Below are positions 24,975 through 36,599 of a DNA stretch of 64,000 bases, piece by piece. The position numbers were made by a program, and so were the translations under genes. The notes under the pieces were generated by a model that searched no databases, was not told where the DNA came from, and saw nothing but the letters and a program-made list of their open reading frames with translations. The first letter of the stretch is position 1; each line of letters begins with the position of its first letter. Source of the stretch: an uncultured delta proteobacterium (GTDB taxonomy: Bacteria; Desulfobacterota; Binatia; UBA9968); contig CAWDPO010000008.1 of NCBI GenBank assembly GCA_963804165.1, positions 61,067-125,066 on the forward strand. Reading direction: 5' to 3'.

Positions 24975-27633
24975 CCACCAGGGAAAAGCCATCACCTCCC
25001 TCGAACAGCGGTTGACCACGGACATTGAACAGCTTCATCGCCAACTCGAACAGCAGCAAAATTTGTCGGACGCCGGCGCCGCAGAGGTCACGCGCTTGCG
25101 CTCGGAGATCGCTGCGGTCGAGGAACAAAAGACCCGGCTGGCGGATTCCCGCGACGAGCTCGAACGGAGCCGACAGCAAGAGGCGGTGACACGTCAGGAA
25201 CTAGAAGCGCGCCTCCAGGTCAAGGATGACGAGCTGCGGGCAGTTCAGGCAAACGCCCAAGAACTTATGCAAGCCGCGCTGAGGGACCAAGAAGCTCACT
25301 TTAAATCACTCGCACAGCAAACGAGCGGCGATATCGTCGGACTGCAAAATCAGTTGCAAGAGCAAGGGCTCGCGGCGCAACAACACCAAACTGAGCTCGT
25401 GCAATTACATGCCGAGATCGCCGGCTTGCGGCAACAGATTGCGCAAACCGAACATTCCCGCGATACCCTCGAACAGGCCTTGCAACAGGCCGCCGCCCAG
25501 CGCGAGGAGTTAGCCGGGCGCTTACAAACTAGAGAGAATGAATTTAGCGCTACCCAGGTGCACGCGAGTGAACACTTGGCGGCTCTTGAGGAGCAGCAAA
25601 CCCGCTTTAATTCCATCGAAGAAGAGCGATGCAAAGAAATCAGCGAGCTGCGTGGCCAATTGGACCAGCAAAGGCTTCACGCCGATTCACTGCACGAAGA
25701 ACTTGCCCAACTGCGCTCGGAGAACGCTGGGATCCAGGAACAAAGGGTTCAAGCCGAGCAATTCCGCCAAGAGCTCGAACAAAACCGGCAGGAAACCTCA
25801 GCGCTGCGCGCGGAACTCGAAACGCGGCTACTGGCAAAAGACGCCGAACTTCAGGCGGCCCAATCCGACGCAACTGCACTAAAGAACCATTTCGATACCA
25901 AGCTCAACGAACTGCAGCTCCACCTCGCTGAAAAACAGCTGCTCGTGGAGGGCAGAGCTGCGGAGTCCGAGAACCTCAAAGGCCAGCTGGATCGCTTATC
26001 GGAACAATTGACGCAGCGAGATTCCGCAAGCGCCGAATTCCAAGCGCAGTTTCAAAAAGAAACCGAATTGGCGCGCGCCGAGCATCAGACGGCAATCGCC
26101 GTGTTGCGCAATGAATTTCAGATCAAACAGAGCAACCAGGACAATGAGCTCGCTCAGGAAAGGCAGCGAGTCGCCGAACTTACTCTTCAGATTGGTGAAT
26201 TCGAGCAGCAGAAGGCCGCTACTGAAACGCAGCTCCAAGAGCGCCAGCGAGAGCACGAAGCCGCCGTGGTCGAAGCCGCGGCATTGCGATCGCGCTTGGA
26301 TGAGCTGGAAACACGTCACCAGATGGAACTCTCCGCCGCAGAGCGGGAGCAAAATCAAGCTCGAAACCAGCTCGAAACAGAACTGTCCGCCGCGCGCGCC
26401 GAACTGCAACAGAACGCGAGGGTGGCGACTCAACATCAAGCGGCAATTGCCGAATTGCGGAATGAATATCAGATCAAACAGAGCAACCAGGACAATGAGC
26501 TCGCCCAGGAGAGGCAGCGAGTCGCCGAACTTACTCTTCAGATTAGTGAATTCGAGCAGCAGAAGGCCGCTATTGAAACGCAGCTCCAAGAGCGTCAGCG
26601 GGAGCATGAAGCCGCCGTGGTCGAAGCCGCGGCATTCCGATCGCGCTTGGATGAGCTGGAAACGCGGCGCGAGACAGAACTCTCCGCCGCAGAGCGGGAG
26701 CAAAATCAAGCTCGAAGCCAGCTCGAAACAGAACTGTCTGCCGCGCGAGCCGAACTACAACAGAAGGCATGGTCGTCGGCCCAGCATCAGGCGGCCTTGG
26801 AAAACCTTGCTCTCGCCCACAAGGACCAAATCCAAAAACTCGAAGGTAGACTTACCGACCAGCAGAACAGCATCAAAGATCGCAATCTCGAGGTGGAGCG
26901 ATCTCAGTCGCAAGCGCGATTACTGGAGCAACGTATCGAAGGGCTCAGTACAGAGCTGCGACAAGCCGAACTAACCGCGATCAACCGAGCCGTGCAAATC
27001 AAGGAAGAATATGGAGTCCGCATCGCGGACTTGGAAAAGCAAGTCGCGCAAAAGACCATCGAGGTGCAGAAGCGCGGCCTGTCAAGGACGGAAGTGGAGC
27101 AAACACTTCGACTCGAGATCGACCGGCTGACTCGCGAAGGTCAAGAAAGACACCAAATTTTGCAGGACCGTAATGAAGAGCTCGTCCGAGTCAAAGTCGA
27201 GATGGATACGTTTCAGGAGCAATGCCGCAATTTAGAATCGGCGGCAAGCCAGAACGAAGCGTCTCTTGGCACCGAAATGGAGAAAATGCGCACGGAATTT
27301 CAAGCGCAGCTCGCGCTATTGCAAGCGGAACTAAGTCAAAGAGACTGGGCTCTAGAGGAGCAGCGCGCGGCGAAGAGCACCATAGAGCTGCAATTCCGTC
27401 AGGATCTCGAAACTTTAAACCAACAGTTGGCGGAAACCGAAGTGCGCGCCAAAGAAAATCAGGATAAGTTTGTGATGGGTGACGATAAGTTAACCCCCGA
27501 GCAACAGGACCGTTATCAAAAATACAGAAACGTAATGGACGCTGTCGCTGTTGGAAGCGACGGATCATTTCCGGCGTCGGAAAATCGCCGTTGGCGCGGT
27601 CGTTTCGGTTGGAAGAGGCGTTGGAAATCATAG
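24823..27633 (+). CDS. giant coiled-coil protein, C-terminal ORF fragment (combined product ~1,330 aa)
   Basis: 936-aa ORF of uninterrupted coiled-coil-type sequence. No TM, signal peptide or NTPase motifs. Basic-aromatic tail RRWRGRFGWKRRWKS. Confidence 0.8.
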   Translation: MKPCANGSPNKNLPLPRICWRASALKSTCRGLETEISGLHATLAQKEYALDHQGKAITSLEQRLTTDIEQLHRQLEQQQNLSDAGAAEVTRLRSEIAAVEEQKTRLADSRDELERSRQQEAVTRQELEARLQVKDDELRAVQANAQELMQAALRDQEAHFKSLAQQTSGDIVGLQNQLQEQGLAAQQHQTELVQLHAEIAGLRQQIAQTEHSRDTLEQALQQAAAQREELAGRLQTRENEFSATQVHASEHLAALEEQQTRFNSIEEERCKEISELRGQLDQQRLHADSLHEELAQLRSENAGIQEQRVQAEQFRQELEQNRQETSALRAELETRLLAKDAELQAAQSDATALKNHFDTKLNELQLHLAEKQLLVEGRAAESENLKGQLDRLSEQLTQRDSASAEFQAQFQKETELARAEHQTAIAVLRNEFQIKQSNQDNELAQERQRVAELTLQIGEFEQQKAATETQLQERQREHEAAVVEAAALRSRLDELETRHQMELSAAEREQNQARNQLETELSAARAELQQNARVATQHQAAIAELRNEYQIKQSNQDNELAQERQRVAELTLQISEFEQQKAAIETQLQERQREHEAAVVEAAAFRSRLDELETRRETELSAAEREQNQARSQLETELSAARAELQQKAWSSAQHQAALENLALAHKDQIQKLEGRLTDQQNSIKDRNLEVERSQSQARLLEQRIEGLSTELRQAELTAINRAVQIKEEYGVRIADLEKQVAQKTIEVQKRGLSRTEVEQTLRLEIDRLTREGQERHQILQDRNEELVRVKVEMDTFQEQCRNLESAASQNEASLGTEMEKMRTEFQAQLALLQAELSQRDWALEEQRAAKSTIELQFRQDLETLNQQLAETEVRAKENQDKFVMGDDKLTPEQQDRYQKYRNVMDAVAVGSDGSFPASENRRWRGRFGWKRRWKS
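26084..26785 (+). repeat. two tandem 351-bp (117-codon) units inside the coiled-coil gene
   Basis: aatgaatttcagatcaaacagagcaaccaggacaatgagctcgc starts at 26110 and again at 26461. By eye the units are >90% identical over ~290 nt, and a diverged third start follows at 26786. Confidence 0.9.
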
Positions 27634-27746
27634 CGCACCAACCGGCATCATCGCGCGTGATTCTTTGAACGAACTCAATTTAAGAAACCAAGAGGACGTT
27701 GAGTAACCATTTGGCGAAATTATAGCTCAGCGGTCGAAGGACGGTC

Positions 27747-28473
27747 ATGTTACAAACAGAACGTGTATCCACTGGAATCGTCGGGCTCGACCCGCTGCTT
27801 GAGGGAGGTTTTCCCCAGGGCCGGTCGGTCCTCATTACCGGGGAGCCCGGACACGGGAAAATCAATTTTCGCCCTGCAATTTCTTGGTGAAGGGCTCAAT
27901 CGCAATGAGAAGGGTATTTTCGTGACCGCGGACGAAAGCCCGATGGACATACTCGAGCAAGCAGCTTCAATTGGCTGGGACTTTGAGCGGCATATCGAGA
28001 CCAAAGATCTGTCGATTTTGAACGCCGGCACGTATCTCAGCTCGCTGCCGGGTGCGGGCAAAGAACGTCATATCGACGTGCAAAAAGCGGTCAGCGACCT
28101 GGCGAGCTTCGTCAAACAACTCGGGGCCAAGAGACTAGTGCTCGACCCCGCGGGGCCGTTTGTCCTATTGCGCGATAGCGCGGCACGCATCCAAGACCAG
28201 GTCCGCTTGTTAATAAAGTTGATGCGATCTTCGATGCCGACAACCAACGTCCTTACCTCCTATGCCGTTCCGAGGACCGGCGAACGATCCATGCATGGCA
28301 TGGAGGAGTATCTCGTAGCCGGTGCGATCGTCTTAGAGATGGTCTGGAAAAACGGCGAGCTCGCTCGCAGCCTGATCGTCGAGAAGATGCGTTGCACGGA
28401 CGTGAAGCCGACTCAACTCGAATTCGATATCGTAAAGGGGCAAGGCATCGTGCTTCATCCCCCGCTTCGCTAA
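27747..28473 (+). pseudogene. single-domain KaiC/RecA-like ATPase A (COG0467-type), frame broken inside Walker A
   Basis: The ATG at 27747 (GAAGGA RBS) gives [35 protein letters not shown]. An extra nt at 27852 then shifts to [11 protein letters not shown] (ORF 27763-28473). Walker B is RLVLDP. Confidence 0.8.
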
Positions 28474-28490
28474 AATTTAAAGTTTAGGGA

Positions 28491-29283
28491 ATGGATCTCC
28501 AGCGCATTTCAACCGGCATCGCGGGCCTCGACGCTTTGCTTCACGGTGGCTATCTAAGAGGGCGCACCTACCTGGTGACCGGCGACACCGGCACGGGAAA
28601 AACCATCGCTTGTTTGCAGTTCCTGCTGAACGGCCTCTAAGCGCGGGGAAAAGGCGGTCTACGTCACCGTCGACGAACGCCCGGGTGAGATTTTAGACTC
28701 GGCGGCGTCATTTTCCTGGGATCTCCAGCCGTACATTCAAGAAAAGAGCTTGGTCATCCTGGATGCCTCGCCCTATTTTGGCGCCCGGAGCGCGAGTGCG
28801 ACGGAAAAAGGTATCGATCCGCAAAAAGTCGTCGCCGATCTTGGCAACTATGCAAGAAGGCTCAGCGCAACGCTTCTCATCATTGATCCGATAACGCCGC
28901 TCATCCTGCCGAACGACGCAACCAGCCCAAGCCAGGACCAAGCCCGCTCCCTTGTACAATTGATACAAACTCAACTAAATACGACCAATCTGTTTACCGC
29001 CCACCTGCCAAAAGTGACGGCCCAGAGCAGCGCGAACGGCATCGAGCAATATCTCACCTCCGGCGTGTTGGTTCTCAAAACCGATGAGATCGACGGCAAA
29101 TTTAAGCGCACCGTGACCATCAAGAAAATGCGCGGCACACCCGTTGAACCTGGTAACTTTCCTTTTGCGATTCTCGCAAATGACGGAATTGTCCTGACGA
29201 GTTGTCGCGCCGGAGAAGTCTCGCGGATGGATGGCCCGGCGCCGATGTTTGAATTTTTTCACCTTTCCAAAAGACAATCCTGA
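28491..29283 (+). pseudogene. single-domain KaiC/RecA-like ATPase B, frame broken just after Walker A
   Basis: The ATG at 28491 gives MDLQRISTGIAGLDALLHGGYLRGRTYLVTGDTGTGKTIACLQFLLNGL. An extra nt near 28638 then shifts to KRGEKAVYVTVDERPGEILDSAASFSWD (joins ORF 28750-29283). Walker B is LLIIDP. Confidence 0.8.
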
Positions 29284-29391
29284 CCCCGAAATTCTGAATT
29301 TGCGTTCGGCGGTCGACGCTCGACGGGATACCGAAGGCGCTCGGGCGTCGCCATGAATTATTTCGCTTTTCTCGCTGCGTTTCGGGCTTTC

Positions 29392-29419
29392 TTGACAGCC
29401 GGCGAAACGATGCTTAGAT
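29392..29419 (+). promoter_or_regulatory. sigma-70-like promoter for clpB
   Basis: TTGACA-16 nt-TTAGAT, 25 nt upstream of the clpB ATG, with a GAGGA RBS. Confidence 0.4.
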
Positions 29420-29443
29420 TTTTCCACAAATGAGGACTCCAAA

Positions 29444-32071
<2,628 letters not shown>

Positions 32072-32395
32072 GTCCGTCGTCGAAAAAAGTTCCGCCGGGG
32101 TTGGCGCGGGTGCGAAAAGAGATTCCTCGGCCAAGTCAGATTTTTAAGAAGCAAGAAGACCGATCAGCGCAGGCTGGCAAAAGAAGCAATTCGCCGGGAG
32201 CTAACAGAAACTCTCCCGCCAAAATCCTCTTAACCGCAATCCACGGTTCTTTTTACCGGCGGGCGCGTGTCGCAATTTCGCGTCCGCCTTGGTTTTAAGC
32301 GCTGACAGCGAGCCGATGATTGTTCGTGCCTTTTTTGCCGTGCCACGGAGCCAAGATTCCCGCGAGTTTTCTCGTTTCGATCTCATGCGGCCAAT

Positions 32396-33842
32396 TTGAT
32401 GAATCGCGCAGCGGACAGCACCGGTGTGGCGGTCCAGCAAAGACGGCTCACGTTGATTTTATTCAACGTTTGCGTCGGCCAGTTTATCGTCGGCCTCGAC
32501 CAGCGCGCCTTGCTGGTCGCGCTGCCGACCCTGACCGAAACATTTCAATACCAGCCTGACGACCATCCAATGGGTTTTATTGATCTATGATTGCTTTTGA
32601 TCGGCACCGTGATCACCGTCGGCCGTTTGGGCGATCTTTTCGGCCGGCGGCGGTTTTACGCCGTGGTTTTCTGGTTTTCGTTTTGAGCTCAGCGCTTTGC
32701 GGTTTCGCTCAAACCGCGGGACAAATCATTTTGTTCCGCGGCTTGCAAGCGCTCGGCGGCGCCATGATTTCAGCCAACGGTAGGGCGATCGCTCCGTCGC
32801 GTTTCCGTCCAGCGAGCGCGGCAAGGCCATGGGCTTCGCCTCTATGGCCTTCCATGTCGGGTTCTTGACTGGTCCAACCCTCGGCGGATTTTTGATCGAC
32901 ACGATCGGTTGGCGTTGGATTTTTTTCATCAATCTGCCGATCGGCATTTGGGGCGCGTTCCTAGCGCTGAAACTCTTGAAGAAAGCAAAGAAGAGGTCAA
33001 AGGAATTTCGGTCGATTTTCCCGGCGCGATCCTGCTCATGCTGACCTGCAGTCTTTTCATCTACGCCATGAATCAGCTGCCGCATGTCGGCTGGCAGGAT
33101 CCGTTAGTGACCCGAACGATGTGGACTGTCTGTCGTGGCTCTGGCGCTTTTCGTATTCGCCGAGCTGAGATCGCCCATGCCGATCTTAAGCTTTTCGCTC
33201 TTTCGCAATCGGCTTTTCACCGCCTCCATGCTCAGCTTGTTTTTCATCACCTCGACGCAATCGGCCATCAGTTTTCTGATGCCGTTTTATTTGCAGAACA
33301 TACTCCATTTTTCCCCGACACATATGGGCTGGATCATCATCGCCAATTCTGCGGTCATCGTCATGGTCGCGCCCATAGCCGGATGGCTGTCGGATCGCAT
33401 GGGTTCGCGTCTGCTGTGCACCGTTGGCTCCGGGTTGATCGTCGATCGGACAGTTCTTCATCGCATCGTTGGGAATTGATTCGTCGATTCCGCGGATCAT
33501 TTTGCCGTTATTCTTGATCGGCTTTGGCTGGGCATATTCAATTCACCGAACCAGAGCGCAATCATGGGTTCGGTACCTCGCGACAAACTCGGTACGGCAT
33601 CGGGCATGAACACCGACCACTGCCCGGACCGGCGGCGCGATGGGCGTCGCCCTTTCCGCGACTTGTTCACCTACGGACTCGCCGCCGCGGCATGACCGCG
33701 AGCGCAAATCGAATCGCCGCAAACTTGGGGCACCGCGCCGGAAGTATTCGTCCATTCATTTAATCACACGGTGCATATCGTTAACATCTTCACGATTCTC
33801 TCGGTCCTGTTTTCGGTGGTGCGCGGTCCACGCCACGAGTAG
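32396..33842 (+). pseudogene. MFS transporter (DHA2/EmrB-like, 14-TM type), copy 1, broken by many frameshifts
   Basis: Conserved blocks are spread over all three frames: ALPTLTETF, TSLTTIQWVLLIYD, LLLIGTVITVGRLGDLFGRRRFY, LFRGLQALGGAMISANGRAI, MGFASMAFHVGFLTGPTLGGFLIDTIGWRWIFFINLPIG and FLMPFYLQNILHFSPTHMGWIII. At least 8 breaks. Confidence 0.75.
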
Positions 33843-33866
33843 CCCAACAATTTGTGAACGAGTTCC

Positions 33867-35234
33867 ATGACGACGGCGGAACAAACCATTTCACGACGGA
33901 CATCGCGGCTTATCCTGTTAAGCGTCTGCATCGGCCAGACCATCGTCGGTCTCGATCAGCGCGCCCTCACGGTGGCTCTGCCCACTCTGACGAGCGCGTT
34001 CCACACGCCTTCACGACGATCCAATGGACGATCTTCGTCTATGATCTAGTGCTGATCGGCCTGATCATCACGATGGGACGATTGGGCGATTTGTTCGGGC
34101 GACGCCGTTTCTACAGCATGGGGTTTTTGATTTTCGTGGCCGCGTCCGCCATTTGCGGCCTGTCGCAAAGCGCCGGCCAGCTGATTTTTTTCCGCGCGCT
34201 GCAGGCGCTCGGCGGTTCCATGATCGCCGCCAACGGCCGTGCGATTGTCTCGGTTAATTTGCCGCCGGAGGACCGCGGGCGCGCTCTCGGCCTGACTTCC
34301 ACGGCGTTCCACATCGGTTTTCTCACCGGCCCGTCCTGGGTGGTTTTCTGATCGATACCATCGGCTGGCGCTGGATTTTCTACATCAACATGCCGTTCAG
34401 CCTGTGGGCGCTTATCTCGCGTGGAAGGTCGTTCCCGAGACACGCGATGGCGGAAAATCGGCGATCGATATTCCTGGCGCTCTGCTGCTACTCGTGACCA
34501 ATGGCCTGTTTATTTACGCCATCGATCAACTGCCGCGGATCGGCTGGCGCCACCCGATGTTTCTACTGACTCTGGTGCTTTCGGTGATCTCGTTATTTTT
34601 CCTGTTGCGCATCGAAGCCAGGGCGAAGACACCGATTTTGATTTTGTCGATGTTTCGCTCTCAACTTTTTAGCGCGGGCATTATGAGTCTGTTTCTAATC
34701 TCCGGCACCTTATCGGCAATCAATTTTCTCCTGCCGTTCTTCCTGCAGAACTTGCTTGGCTATTCGCCATCGCAGGTCGGCTGGATCATCGTCGCCGACT
34801 CAGCGATCATCATGATCATGGCGCCGATCGCCGGGGCCTTGTCTGATCGTCTTCGGCTCGCGATTGCTCTGCACAGTCGGCTGCGCCGTCGTCGCCGTCG
34901 CGCAATTCTTCCTGGCCACCCTGGACCTGCACTCGTCGCTGATCAGGATATTTTCCCATTGGCGCTCTGGGGCGTAGGGTGGGCGTTATTCAACGCGCCC
35001 AATCAAAGCTCGATACTGGGCGCGGTCAATCCGGACAAGATCGGCGCCGCCGCCGGCATGATCGCGACCACAGCGCGCACCGGCGGCGCTATGGGAGTGG
35101 CTCTGTCGGCGACGCTGTTTGGCTATCTGCTATCGGCGGCGGGCTTGAGCGGGGGCCAAATTGGCTCGCCTGAAAGCTGGCGCGCTGCGCCGGACACCTT
35201 TATGGTGCCTTCAGCACAACGATTTACTTTTTGA
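33867..35234 (+). pseudogene. MFS transporter (DHA2/EmrB-like), copy 2, tandem paralog, several frameshifts
   Basis: Same block order as copy 1: ALPTLTSAF, TTIQWTIFVYDLVLIGLIITMGRLGDLFGRRRFY, FFRALQALGGSMIAANGRAI and FLLPFFLQNLLGYSPSQVGWIIV. Spread over ORFs 33867-34049, 33854-34351 and 34404-35234, with an internal out-of-frame patch. Confidence 0.75.
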
Positions 35235-35425
35235 ATGTCTTCACGTTGTTGGCAGTTTTTTCATCCGCGATCCGGGGGAAGAGACCGGGAGATTGAATTT
35301 CCTACTGAGGAGAATAACGGTCACGCCGGCTTCGTCCGCTAACTGGTTCGCCGCACTGTACTTACAGCAAGTCGGAGACTAACCTAACCTCGACGCTGGA
35401 TTGAGGTAAGTCTTCTCGGAGGACC

Positions 35426-36419
35426 ATGAAGATTCGGACGTCGCGGGCCACAACCGTGCTGGGGATAACACTTGCTATTTTACCGGTTTGTCCACAGCGC
35501 CCCCGCTTCGCCGCCGAAACGCCTCGCTGCGCGGGGTTTATAATGCTCTAGGCGGCACCATGTCGCCGCATGGATCGCCCAAGACTAGAACTTTTCACCA
35601 AGCACGGGCTGCAACACAACCTTAACTACTCGCCGCGACCACGGCGATCCAGGCCATCGTCGGCGGCACGAGGAGATCGGCTTGGTTGGCAATCAAGGCA
35701 TCGACGTGGCCTTGGAAGGGGCGGATACGGTCTACATCGCCAACACCGCGGCGCGCTTCGTCTTCCATCTGTACGGCGACCCGGCGATCAAAACTGTCGC
35801 TGATCTCAAGGGCAAAGTTCTTGCGGCGACGCAACCTGCGGCATCGACGGATTACGCCGGCCGCATGCTGCTGCGCCGCTCCGGTTTAGTCCCGGATAAG
35901 GATGTGAAGATTATTTACGCCGGCAGCAGTGCCAGCGCTCCTCACCACCTTGAAATCAGGTAATGCCGCCGCCGGTCTCATGAGCGCGCCGACCACGTTT
36001 CAGGCCCAAGAATTGGGTCTGAAACAGATTCTCAACGTCACCGAACTGAATATTCCTTTTATATTCGTGAGCGTGGTCACGACGCGTAAGGTCATCCAAC
36101 AAAAGCCGGACGCTGTAATGCGCTATCTCAGAGCCTACACGGAGGCGATCTCGGTGATTCAGCGCGACAAAGAAACCGCGATGAAAGTCATGAGCAAATT
36201 CATGAAGACCGACAACCGGAAAATCCTCGAGGCGGTCTACGAGGAACACCACCGGTTTTTCAGCGCGTGCCGCTGATGACCAAAGGAATCCGTACAAGCC
36301 GTTCTAGATGTCGCCAAGGGCCCTAGAGCCCAGCAAGTCAAGCCGGAAGAGTTTTACGACAACTCGTTTATCAAAAACTCGAGGTTTCCGGTTTTATCAA
36401 TTCGCTTTACGCGCGCTAA
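35426..36419 (+). pseudogene. NMT1-type substrate-binding protein, broken by at least 5 frameshifts
   Basis: GGAGGA RBS plus MKIRTSRATTVLGITLAIL signal. Fragments 35682-35963 and 35929-36276. The true C-terminus KKLEVSGFINSLYAR* is recovered only by shifting frame in an A5 run near 36373. Confidence 0.65.
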
Positions 36420-36464
36420 AAAGTCACTATCCATGCGAAAGCGGGTCGACCAATGATCTCACGC

Positions 36465-36545
36465 GTTCAAGGTTCCACGTTCAAGGTTCAAGGACATACT
36501 CCAGCTTCTGACGTTGAACTTTGAACCTTGAACTTTGAACTTCCA
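36465..36545. repeat. imperfect palindrome made of GTTCAAGG / CCTTGAAC units
   Basis: Left arm GTTCAAGGTTCCACGTTCAAGGTTCAAGG, right arm TTGAACTTTGAACCTTGAACTTTGAAC. Lies between the binding-protein remnant and dinB. Confidence 0.6.
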
Positions 36546-36599
36546 GTCGTGGATCCACCGCGGATAGGCCGCATTGACATGGCGCTCAGGTAAAATGAC

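Noticed and set aside
24228-26709. Long minus-strand ORFs (24228-25025 and 25996-26709) and alternative plus-frame ORFs (e.g. 26111-26974) within the coiled-coil gene.
   Set aside because: These are by-products of the biased, repetitive codon content (CAG/GAG/CTC). They mirror the 351-bp repeat, and none has a start context.
26084-26785. Considered whether the tandem repeat or the TTGAAC patches could be a CRISPR array.
   Set aside because: The repeat unit is 351 bp, coding and in frame. The TTGAAC units are 6-9 bp, with irregular spacing and no spacer structure. No cas genes are present.
29284-29443. Heat-shock control elements (CIRCE, sigma-32 promoter) upstream of clpB.
   Set aside because: There is no TTAGCACTC-N9-GAGTGCTAA and no CTTGAAA/CCCCAT pattern. 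Only a sigma-70-like TTGACA/TTAGAT pair was found.
36520-36599. LexA/SOS box upstream of dinB.
   Set aside because: Neither CTGT-N8-ACAG nor GAAC-N4-GTTC is present. The GTTCAA/TTGAAC repeats do not form a Cheo-type box.
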